From: Desulfuromonadales bacterium
GTDB lineage: Bacteria > Desulfobacterota > Desulfuromonadia > Desulfuromonadales > SZUA-540
Direction of reading: 5' to 3'
Length of the DNA: 11,001 bases
Assembly (NCBI GenBank): GCA_033549025.1
Contig: JAWSUS010000036.1
Coordinates: 1 to 11,001, forward strand
Made by a program: the position numbers and the translations under genes
In this document: one piece after another, positions 1 to 7,992 of the stretch
Numbering within the stretch: position 1 is the first letter of the stretch
Layout: each line of letters opens with the position of its first letter
The notes under the pieces: generated by a model
Database searches by the model: none
Seen by the model: only the letters and a program-made list of their open reading frames with translations
What the model was told of the DNA's origin: nothing

Positions 1-6
1 CTCTAA

Positions 7-552
7 ATGAGAAAACTTATAGATTACATCTATGTTGAAGTTTTCGGTTTGAAAAAAAACTTTTCTTATTTGAAGTTGTTGGGGGTTTATTTTTTCGGTT
101 CAGGTGGACAGAAAGTAGTTTTACGTTATAGAGTTGCTAAGTGGTTGTATTTAAGGGGATATAGAAAGCTTTCTCTATTATTATTTAGGAACCTAGAAAA
201 TGGTTACGGCGTTTATATTAGCCCAAATGCCTCTATAGGGATTGGACTTAAATTGCCGCATCCTACTGGAATTGTAATTGGCAACGGTGTAACGATTGGT
301 GAAAATTGTACTATTTATCAACAGGTAACTTTTGGTGGCGCACGAATGGGAGATGCTCAAAAAAACCATTATCCACAAATCGGTAATGATGTTGTAGTAT
401 TTGCTGGTGCAAAACTAATTGGAAATATTTTTGTTCATTCAAGAAGTGTCATTGGTGCAAACAGCGTAGTGATAAAAGATGTGCCAGAGGGTTGCATTGC
501 TGTTGGTGTTCCTGCAAAAATAAAAGAAACAAAAATTCATTCTCTTGGTTAG
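7..552 (+). CDS. Serine O-acetyltransferase-like (CysE/WcaB-type) left-handed beta-helix acyltransferase, probably a polysaccharide O-acetyltransferase
   Basis: 181-aa ORF with a CysE-like C-terminal half: YGVYISPNASIGIGLKLPHPTGIVIG, hexapeptide repeats (VTIGENCTIYQQVTFG, PQIGNDVVVFAGAKLIG, VIGANSVVIKDVP) and the AVGVPAK end. It is short and AT-rich and lies in a glycan cluster. Confidence 0.85.
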   Translation: MRKLIDYIYVEVFGLKKNFSYLKLLGVYFFGSGGQKVVLRYRVAKWLYLRGYRKLSLLLFRNLENGYGVYISPNASIGIGLKLPHPTGIVIGNGVTIGENCTIYQQVTFGGARMGDAQKNHYPQIGNDVVVFAGAKLIGNIFVHSRSVIGANSVVIKDVPEGCIAVGVPAKIKETKIHSLG

Positions 553-572
553 GCCTAACCCAGGTTGTTTTA

Positions 573-1478
573 ATGCTCGATTTGGCTTTGAATGTTTCTT
601 TAAAAAAAATGACTACCTACCATATTGGCGGGGAGGCTAAATCCTTTGTTTTATCAAACAGTCAAGCAGAACTCACTGCGGCACTAAAGTGGTGTGATGG
701 TAATCTTTTTCCTTGGTTTTTAATCGGCTATGGTTCAAACATCCTAGTGGCAGATGAAGGATTCCCGGGGCTGGTGATCAAGTTGGCCGGGGAATTTACT
801 TCTATTGAATTTGATGATAATAGCCGAGTCATATCCATTGGTGCTGCTGTCATGCTACCCAAGTTGGCTAACGAATGTGCTAAGCGTGGAATCAGCGGTT
901 TTGAGGGGTTGTGTGGTATCCCTGGAACCGTTGGGGCCGCGGTGCGGATCAATGCCGGGACCAAAGAAGGGGAAGTGAAAGATCTTTTTGTGTCGGCTGA
1001 TATTCTCGACGAACAAGGGAACGTGAGAACCTTGAGTTCGAATGATATGGGTTTTGGTCACCGTACTTCTTTGCTTATGCAGAATCGCTGGATCGTATTG
1101 AGATCTCGGTTCAGTTATGGGCTCGAAACGGAATCGGCTAAAATTTTTGCTCAAATGCTATCGCATCGTGCATCACGAAAAGCCAAGCAACCGTCGAATC
1201 CGAAAAATTGCGGATCTGTTTTCAAGCCGGCCAATGGCCGCGCTGCTGGCTGGTACATCGAGCAATGCGGTTTGAAGGGTCGGCGGATTGGCGATGCCAT
1301 GATCGCTACCGAGCACGCGAACTGGATTGTTAATTTGGGGGCAGCGTCAGCTTCGGATGTAAAATTGCTTATTCGTTTGGCGCAGGATGTCGTTAAGGAG
1401 CGCTTTGGTGTTTTGCTAGAGCGCGAGGTTGAGTATGTTCCTGAAGATTTGATAGGGGTATCTTCGAATGAATTGTGA
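573..1478 (+). CDS. murB: UDP-N-acetylenolpyruvoylglucosamine reductase (MurB) paralog
   Basis: MurB motifs present: TTYHIGG, IGYGSNILVADEG (FAD binding), GIPGTVGAAVRINAG, FGHRTS, KQP..NCGSVFK (catalytic Ser), AGWYIEQCGLKG, HANWIVN, LEREV (catalytic Glu). Start moved from the ORF-track 492 (which overlaps the upstream gene) to the ATG at 573, giving 301 aa, a typical MurB length. Confidence 0.92.
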   Translation: MLDLALNVSLKKMTTYHIGGEAKSFVLSNSQAELTAALKWCDGNLFPWFLIGYGSNILVADEGFPGLVIKLAGEFTSIEFDDNSRVISIGAAVMLPKLANECAKRGISGFEGLCGIPGTVGAAVRINAGTKEGEVKDLFVSADILDEQGNVRTLSSNDMGFGHRTSLLMQNRWIVLRSRFSYGLETESAKIFAQMLSHRASRKAKQPSNPKNCGSVFKPANGRAAGWYIEQCGLKGRRIGDAMIATEHANWIVNLGAASASDVKLLIRLAQDVVKERFGVLLEREVEYVPEDLIGVSSNEL

Positions 1479-2733
1479 ACAAATGGTCCTTAGAAAAAGC
1501 CGCCTTGAAGGGTCTGTTAAAATATCCGGCGCAAAAAACAGTGTCTTGAAACTTCTCGCAGCGTCTTTGCTAAGTGAGGGGAAAATTCTCATCAAGAATT
1601 ACCCCTCCTCACTTTTGGATGCACAGATTCATGTCGGCATGTTGGAGAAACTGGGCAAACGCTGTGACTTGCCCGACCAAGAAACACTCGTAATTGAGGA
1701 AATTAATTCGCCCCCGTCGACCTTGGACTGGGATGATCGCTCTATCAGAAACACTTTATTGATTCTCGGGGCTTTGACGGCGCGTACTGGTTATGGCGCT
1801 GTTCCCTTGCCTGGTGGTTGCCAATTGGGCGACAGGTCTTTTGATTTGCATGAAATGCTACTTCGCGCATTGGGAGCGAAGGTCTGGCAGGAAGGCTGCA
1901 TGCTTTGCGCTGAAGCGCCCATAGGTGGCTTGGTCGGTGCGGATATACACTTGCCAATTCGCTCAACAGGGGCGACTGAGAATGCCATAATTGCCGGGAC
2001 ATTGGCCAAGGGGACGACCCGCATATGGGGGCCGCACATTCGACCAGAAATTCTTGACTTGATAGCATTTCTCAAAAGTATGGGAGCGAAGATCCAGGTT
2101 TTCGGCCAAGAGCACATCGAGGTTATCGGTGTGGATGGTTTGATTGGCACGTCATTTACGGTTATGCCTGACAACATGGAGGCCATCACTTGGTTGGTGG
2201 GGACTGTAATGACCAAGGGTGACGTAGAAATTGAGCATTTTCCAACTCGTGATCTGGAAGTAGCAATGATTCACCTGCGTGAAAGTGGTGCGAAGTTTTA
2301 CCATGGAGATGATCGCCTCATTGTGCGTGGTGGGAACTGCTACCCCCTTGAAATTAGCACCGGCCCGCATCCCGGCATTAATTCTGACGTACAGCCTATC
2401 CTTGCAGCCTACGCAGCCTGTGCGAATGGGGAATCGAGGATAATTGATCTTCGCTTCCCTGGTCGGTATGGGTATGCGGAAGAAATGGCAAAGATGGGGT
2501 TGGATTTTAGTACGGATGGGAACCTTTTGAAGATATACGGTAAAGGGGGGGGGCTGAGGGGGGCAGAAGTAAAGGCGCTTGATTTACGAGCTGGTGCTGC
2601 TCTAGCGCTTTGCGGGTTGGTGGCGGAAGGGGAGACAATTATTTCTGCCGCCTGGCAGGTTGAACGAGGTTACAACAATTTTGTGTCGAAGATGAAAGTT
2701 TTGGGTGGCGCGGTTGAACATGGGTCTGGGTAA
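1468..2733 (+). CDS. murA: UDP-N-acetylglucosamine 1-carboxyvinyltransferase (MurA) paralog, divergent
   Basis: 421 aa. Motifs: LEGSVKISGAKNS (K22/N23), LPGGCQLGDRSFDLH (Cys115/Arg120 loop), STGATEN, PHPGINSDVQP (Asp305), DLRAGAAL (Arg371), ERGY (Arg397). Overlaps the murB end by 11 bp. Confidence 0.93.
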   Translation: MNCEQMVLRKSRLEGSVKISGAKNSVLKLLAASLLSEGKILIKNYPSSLLDAQIHVGMLEKLGKRCDLPDQETLVIEEINSPPSTLDWDDRSIRNTLLILGALTARTGYGAVPLPGGCQLGDRSFDLHEMLLRALGAKVWQEGCMLCAEAPIGGLVGADIHLPIRSTGATENAIIAGTLAKGTTRIWGPHIRPEILDLIAFLKSMGAKIQVFGQEHIEVIGVDGLIGTSFTVMPDNMEAITWLVGTVMTKGDVEIEHFPTRDLEVAMIHLRESGAKFYHGDDRLIVRGGNCYPLEISTGPHPGINSDVQPILAAYAACANGESRIIDLRFPGRYGYAEEMAKMGLDFSTDGNLLKIYGKGGGLRGAEVKALDLRAGAALALCGLVAEGETIISAAWQVERGYNNFVSKMKVLGGAVEHGSG

Positions 2734-2746
2734 AATATATTCTCTT

Positions 2747-2753
2747 TAGTGTC
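2747..2753. repeat. Target-site duplication TAGTGTC (left copy; right copy at 4279-4285)
   Basis: An identical 7-mer directly abuts both TIRs. Confidence 0.9.
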
Positions 2754-2811
2754 GTCGTCCCTGAAAAATGTTAACTACCTGAATTTAAATATTTATTTTC
2801 CTGTTTATGAT

Positions 2812-2863
2812 TGATAAAATCACCAGAAATCAGAGTTCATCCCCCAATTTCTGGTGATTTTAT
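2812..2863 (+). promoter_or_regulatory. Candidate IS promoter (extended -10) and 17-bp inverted repeat sequestering the transposase RBS and start codon
   Basis: TGaTAAAAT at 2812-2820. ATAAAATCACCAGAAAT (2814-2830) is the exact reverse complement of ATTTCTGGTGATTTTAT (2847-2863), which contains GGTGA and the AT of the ATG at 2862. Confidence 0.65.
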
Positions 2864-4248
2864 GAAGCCAAAGAAACCAAAACAGCAAGATCAGGCCGAC
2901 CTGTTTCGGTCACGCCTGGACCAGATCCTTGACAGGAAGCATCCACTGTTCGTGCTGGCCAACCAGATCCATTGGTCGGTCTTTGATGCCAAGTTCGGTT
3001 GCCTGTATGCCGACAAGGGGCGTCCGGCATTATCCACCCGGTTGATGGTCGGTCTGCACTACTTGAAGCACGCCTTCGACGAGAGCGACGAATCCGTGGT
3101 GGCCCGTTTACTGGAAAACCCGTACTGGCAGTATTTCTGCGGTTTTGAGTTCTTCATCCATCGCTTGCCGCTCGACCCGAGTTCCCTGGTGCGCTGGCGT
3201 AAGCGGATCGGCTCGAAGAGCATGGAGCAATTGCTTGGCGAGACTTTGGAGACGGCCAAGCGGGGCGAACATCTGACCGAGTCGCATCTGGAGCGAGTCA
3301 ACGTCGACACCACGGTGCAGGAGAAGGCGGTTGCCTTTCCTACCGATGCCCGGTTGCAGCACAAGGCCCGGGTGCTGTTGGTCAATGCCGCGAAGAAACG
3401 CGGCATCCCGTTACGGCAAAGCTACCTGCGCCTTGGCAAGACCGCCCTGATCATGTCCAGCCGCTATGCCCATGCCCGGCAGATGCGGCGCGCCAAGGCG
3501 GAGCAGAAAAAGGTTAAAAACTATCTGGGCCGGGTGTATCGCAACATCCTGCGTAACTGCCCGCAACCGGATACGGAACTGGCAGAACTGCTACAGTTGA
3601 CCCGAAGGCTGCTGACCCAGAAACGGCACGACAAAAACAAACTGTACAGCCTGCATGCCCCCGAAGTGGAATGCATCAGCAAGGGCAAGGCCCATAAGAA
3701 ATACGAGTTCGGCTGCAAGGTGTCAGTGGCCACAACGTCCAAAGACAACTGGATCGTCGGCGTAGAAGCTCTGCACGGCAACCCGTTCGATGGCCATACC
3801 CTCAAAGGCGCACTGAAGCAAATCAAGCGCCTGGTTGGCTGGGAAGCCGAAAATGCCTACGTTGACAAGGGCTACAAGGGCAACCCGAAGCAACTGGGCA
3901 AGACCAGTGTTCATCTGGCCAACCGGCGAAAAACGAGCATGAAGCCGAGTGAGTGGCGCTGGTTCAAGCGGCGAAGCGCCATCGAACCGGTGATTGGCCA
4001 CATGAAGCAGGACAACCGGATGGATCGCAACTATCTCAAGGGAACTGACGGCGACAAGATGAACGGCCATCCTGGCCGCCTGCGGTTTTAACCTGAGAAA
4101 GCTCCTGCGGGCTTTTCTTTGGCTTGTTTTCAAAGAACTGGAACGGCTCAAATCGGTGCTAGCGTTGCTTAAACGACCCGATCGGGTCGCAAGGGAACTG
4201 ATACGCTCACCTAACTTGAACATGGAACTTTATTCGATTGTCGCCTGA
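2862..4248 (+). pseudogene. IS5-family DDE transposase with a +1 frameshift near 4065
   Basis: N-terminal GRP..STRLMVGLHYLKH..SDE..ENPYWQYFCG. DDE residues in VDTT, YVDKGY and RRSAIEPVIGHMK; also KGKAHKKYEFG. The annotated frame stops at 4091, but removing one G at 4065/4066 restores the family-like tail GDKMNAILAACGFNLRKLL, running to TGA at 4246-4248. Likely start is ATG 2862. Confidence 0.85.
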
Positions 4249-4339
4249 AGGCGAAATTTCGAGTTTTTCAGGGACGACTAGTGTCATAAATGGTGAACCG
4301 CACTAATGTTAATTTATAATTGACCGTCGGACTGTAGTA

Positions 4340-5500
4340 ATGAAAATAGCTTTTATAGTGGCTAGCATAAATTCAAAAAGTAATGGACTAGGCGGGCATT
4401 ATTATAGCCTACTCGAAACCGCTAATCAGATATCGAAAAAACACGAGGTAATAATAATTAATGTAGGAAATCAAGCTGCTAAGGCCTTGGAGCGTACAAA
4501 TATAAAGACTTTCAGAGTCATTTATAATGGATTGGCTTTACATAAAACATATACCCATATTAAATACATAATCAATTCTGAAAGACCAGATGTATTGCAT
4601 GCATTTGACGTTTTAGCTTTTTTTTGGGCACGCTTGGCCGGCAATATTTTTAAAATTCGGATTTGTCTTACAAAGTGTGGTGGAGCTAATCAAGTTTATT
4701 TCCCATATGCTAAAAACCTTATTTTATTCAGTACAGAAAATTTGGCTTTTTTTAAGTCAAAAAGGAAATTCCAAGATTCAAATCTCCATCTTTTACCCAA
4801 CCGCATTAATCAGTTCACTGATGATGACCTTGTGATTGATAAAATTCTGAATGCCGTTGGACATTACAGGAACGGTTTTAAATTTCTTCGAATTACACGT
4901 ATTGGTAAATATTACAGAAAAAGTTCATTGCAGTTAATTCAATTAGTAAAGCAGTTGTCCGACGATGGAATACATTGCTGCGCAATATTCGTTGGTACAG
5001 TTGAAGACGAAATCTACCTAGAAGAATTAAAAACTATTGGTAGTGAGAACATTTTCTTTTTCACTACCGATGATTTCACCCAAAATGCCAAAAAGATAAT
5101 TAACTGCGCTGATTCGGTTTTAGGTACGGGTAGAAGTTTTATGGAAGCGGCCGCAAAAGGGAAAATTTTACTAAGCCCTAATAATAATAGTAGAATACCA
5201 GTTTTGATTCAGCAGGACAATTTCGAACAAGCCTTTTACTATAATTTCTCAGAGCGAATTCAATTCCCAAAATATAATGAGGAAAATAATTACCAGGCCA
5301 TTAAGCACGCTATCCAAGATAAAAATAGAGAGGAAGAAATAAAAAAATTTTCCAATTCGGTCTTTGAAAGGTTTTTTGATGCAGAAAAAATTTTAACCAA
5401 GTACGATCAAATTTATAAACAATTGATTGATAAGCCCCCAAAAAAAATATCTGATTTTTTACTTCATGCCTTATTTCTTATGCGTAGCTACTTTAAATAA
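4340..5500 (+). CDS. Divergent GT-B glycosyltransferase (GT4-like)
   Basis: 386 aa. N-terminal MKIAFIV..GLGGH, ERPDVLHAFD, and C-terminal ADSVLGTGRSFMEAAAKGK plus a FERFFDAEKILTKYDQIYKQL terminal helix, all typical of GT-B/GT4 proteins. Confidence 0.75.
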   Translation: MKIAFIVASINSKSNGLGGHYYSLLETANQISKKHEVIIINVGNQAAKALERTNIKTFRVIYNGLALHKTYTHIKYIINSERPDVLHAFDVLAFFWARLAGNIFKIRICLTKCGGANQVYFPYAKNLILFSTENLAFFKSKRKFQDSNLHLLPNRINQFTDDDLVIDKILNAVGHYRNGFKFLRITRIGKYYRKSSLQLIQLVKQLSDDGIHCCAIFVGTVEDEIYLEELKTIGSENIFFFTTDDFTQNAKKIINCADSVLGTGRSFMEAAAKGKILLSPNNNSRIPVLIQQDNFEQAFYYNFSERIQFPKYNEENNYQAIKHAIQDKNREEEIKKFSNSVFERFFDAEKILTKYDQIYKQLIDKPPKKISDFLLHALFLMRSYFK

Positions 5501-6796
5501 ATGAACAATTCATATAAAAATATCCATTACTTCAAAATATCTTGGAGAGAAGCACTATTTCTTATTTTTTTATGGGTTTTGCTTTATATCGAACCCACAG
5601 CAATAGGACCGCTTAAAATATCCCAAATATGGAAAGTTGCAGTTGTTTGCTGCTTATTAATTTTTATCGCCGGCAAAAAGCTCCCCGGGTTTGTTTGGAT
5701 TGGAATTTTCTATTCAGTTAAATATTTGTTTTACATTTATTTTCCCTATGGGTATTTACTAGCATTGCAAGACTTTTTCGAATCTCTTATATTTCCACTA
5801 TTTTTGGCTTATTTTTATTTAAAATATAAGAATCGTAGCGATTCATCTGAAAGGCTTATGCACCTTGCTATTCTTCTATCACTGTTCTTGATTTATTCGG
5901 CCGTGCCTTTTCTGTTTGGCCTAAAATCATTAAATCCAGTAACCGAACTTGAAAGATATGGATTAGAAGCTATAGCCATGAAGGGACTTTTTTATCACGT
6001 TGCTGTTTCATCGAAACTTTTTACTGTGGCGACTATAGTACTAATCATTACATGGAAGCGCTTTTGTAATTCGTACTTTAATCGAACTGTCTGGTTATCG
6101 GCAGTTCTTCTTGGATCGTACTTCGTTTACTCAAGTTGGACTCGAACTGCTTGGTTTATTTTCATAATAGCCTTAGTGATTAGCCTTTTCTATGGTGCCA
6201 ATATCAAAAAAAAGCTTTTAGCAGCTATTGTTTGTATATTAATTTTTGTGGGATTGACTTGGCTTTATGAAACAAACCAAGCACTCCGATGGCGCTTAAC
6301 AGGTGGGACTGTATACCGTACTGACACCGACCTTACATTAGAAAACCTATTGCAAGCACGATTGCCATTTATTATTGTTGCGCTTGAAAATTTAAGAAAC
6401 GAAGGAATGGGTGGCCAATTAATTGGCTATGGAACGCTTAGAGGTATGGACCTATTTGAAAATAAAACAAATATGAAGATCATATCGCATAATAAAACTA
6501 CTGAAATACTGGAGTCAAGCGGATTAATAGGTTTGTTCTTTTACCTGTTTTTTTGGTTTAAGTTATTCAAGATGGTTTTTAAAAGATTTAAGTATGTTTC
6601 CTATGAATTGAAAAAATTAACTTTAGTTTCGGCTGCCCTTTTTTCTGGATTCTACTTGACTTCACATGGTACCCCCTTTTTTGGTGAAATCATTTTTGCA
6701 TGTTTCCTGATAGGAGTAATAATAGAGGGTCAAAGAATAAGTTCAAAAATCTTAGGAACGGCTACCTATTGTAGTCATCCCAAGGCTCTTTATTAG
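5501..6796 (+). CDS. O-antigen polymerase (Wzy) / O-antigen ligase family membrane protein
   Basis: 431 aa with roughly 10-12 hydrophobic segments. SSWTRTAW and ISHNKTTEILESSGLIG resemble the SR..W and HN..L...G..G motifs of the Wzy_C/O-antigen ligase domain. Very AT-rich; starts directly after the upstream TAA. Confidence 0.75.
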   Translation: MNNSYKNIHYFKISWREALFLIFLWVLLYIEPTAIGPLKISQIWKVAVVCCLLIFIAGKKLPGFVWIGIFYSVKYLFYIYFPYGYLLALQDFFESLIFPLFLAYFYLKYKNRSDSSERLMHLAILLSLFLIYSAVPFLFGLKSLNPVTELERYGLEAIAMKGLFYHVAVSSKLFTVATIVLIITWKRFCNSYFNRTVWLSAVLLGSYFVYSSWTRTAWFIFIIALVISLFYGANIKKKLLAAIVCILIFVGLTWLYETNQALRWRLTGGTVYRTDTDLTLENLLQARLPFIIVALENLRNEGMGGQLIGYGTLRGMDLFENKTNMKIISHNKTTEILESSGLIGLFFYLFFWFKLFKMVFKRFKYVSYELKKLTLVSAALFSGFYLTSHGTPFFGEIIFACFLIGVIIEGQRISSKILGTATYCSHPKALY

Positions 6797-6815
6797 GAAT
6801 TTCGAGGAGACTATT

Positions 6816-7991
6816 ATGATAAAAAACAAAATATTACTCATTGAAATTTGTAACTATGCCGACTACCCAATTGGAGGTTATCTTTCATTTGCTAAACAGA
6901 TGATGACGGCTTTTGGCGATCAATTAGCTTTGGTTGGGATGACAACTGATGATACCCCTGTTGGAAGGTGGGTCAAAAAGGAATTCAATGGCATATCATA
7001 TGATTTTTTTTCTGTTAGAAAGTTTGAAAAAAGCAGTAAAAAGCCCTTTATACCCGCCAGGTTGAAATCTTATTTTGCTGTTAAAAAATATAAAAGGCAA
7101 ATATTAGGAATAGGAATTAAAAATGTCTTTATCCAGACGCCTGAGGTTTTATTCGCACTAAATGATTGTGATTTGCCAAACTTGTGTGCACGAATACCAG
7201 GGGTTGAGAATCCGCTAAGCATTTCTAGGTATTGGTATGGAAAAATTTTTTCAAAATTATTTGACTATTATTTTTTTAGAGGATTAAAAAGAGCAAATGT
7301 GATTTTGGCATCAGCTGATAAAAATGCGATTACTGCTTTTTTAAGTAGAGGAGATAATATTATATCCAGTGACAAAGTAATTCAGTTTCCAACTCGGGTA
7401 AATACCGACATTTTTAAACCAGTATCCAAAGATGTTGCTAGAACATTACTTGGGATCGATAGCAAAAAAAAAATTATTGCAACAACTGGTAGGTTGTCAT
7501 CACTCAAAGGCTGGAAATTCATGCTAGAGTGTTTTATGAAATTTAAAATTAAGAATCCAGGGTCTTTATTCATGTTCCTTGGCGATGGTGAAGATCGGCC
7601 AATAATTGAAGAATTCGTTAAATTAAACAATCTTGACTATAGTGTTTTTATATCTGGGAGATTGTCTCATGAAAGATTGGCCTTATATCTGAGTGCAGCC
7701 GATCTTTACGTAATGGGATCTTATGTTGAAGGATGGGCAACATCACTTGTGGAAGCTATTGCCTGTGGCAAACCTATCGTTTGTACAAACTTCAGTAGTT
7801 CCAGAGAGCTTGTTGATCATGGGTTTAATGGCTTTATATTAGAAAATCGTGACATTGAATCCTTTGTTTCATCGATTGAAAAATGCTTTAATATTCCGCA
7901 AGAAAATCTATATTTTAAATCATGTGAAATGCACGAATATTCATCTTCAAAATTAAAAAGCGCAATTCTCTCCAGTTGGCTGATTAACTAA
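6816..7991 (+). CDS. GT4 family glycosyltransferase
   Basis: 391 aa. [47 protein letters not shown] (EX7E motif), [20 protein letters not shown] at 6804-6809. Confidence 0.9.
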   Translation: MIKNKILLIEICNYADYPIGGYLSFAKQMMTAFGDQLALVGMTTDDTPVGRWVKKEFNGISYDFFSVRKFEKSSKKPFIPARLKSYFAVKKYKRQILGIGIKNVFIQTPEVLFALNDCDLPNLCARIPGVENPLSISRYWYGKIFSKLFDYYFFRGLKRANVILASADKNAITAFLSRGDNIISSDKVIQFPTRVNTDIFKPVSKDVARTLLGIDSKKKIIATTGRLSSLKGWKFMLECFMKFKIKNPGSLFMFLGDGEDRPIIEEFVKLNNLDYSVFISGRLSHERLALYLSAADLYVMGSYVEGWATSLVEAIACGKPIVCTNFSSSRELVDHGFNGFILENRDIESFVSSIEKCFNIPQENLYFKSCEMHEYSSSKLKSAILSSWLIN

Positions 7992-7992
7992 T

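Larger units (their letters stand above)
2754..4278 (+). mobile_element. IS5-family insertion sequence, 1525 bp
   Basis: Perfect 15-bp terminal inverted repeats GTCGTCCCTGAAAAA (2754-2768) and TTTTTCAGGGACGAC (4264-4278). Flanked by a 7-bp direct repeat TAGTGTC (2747-2753 and 4279-4285). Contains a DDE transposase and is GC-richer than the downstream genes. Confidence 0.93.

Noticed and set aside
492..572. N-terminal extension of the murB ORF (start at 492)
   Set aside because: It overlaps the upstream gene, has no MurB-like sequence and uses a non-ATG start. ATG 573 gives a normal-length MurB.
1468..2733. murA as a fosfomycin-resistance allele
   Set aside because: The active-site Cys (GGC) is retained, and the context is glycan synthesis rather than an antibiotic cluster.
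2811..2861. Transposase start at TTG 2811
   Set aside because: It lies in the candidate promoter/hairpin. ATG 2862 has a GGTGA RBS-like site and fits the family N-terminus better.
193..4223. Short alternative-frame and minus-strand ORFs overlapping the acetyltransferase, murB, murA and transposase
   Set aside because: They overlap well-supported genes and carry no recognisable motifs.
4315..4320. TATAAT upstream of the GT at 4340 as an internal or IS-hybrid promoter
   Set aside because: There is no credible -35 or extended TG at the right spacing, and the hexamer is likely by chance in AT-rich DNA.
7464..7473. A10 tract in the second GT4, and A8-A9/T8 tracts elsewhere (e.g. 8112-8120), as phase-variation sites
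   Set aside because: A/T runs encoding Lys or Phe are expected in such AT-rich genes, and all frames are intact. Only read-level data could revive this.
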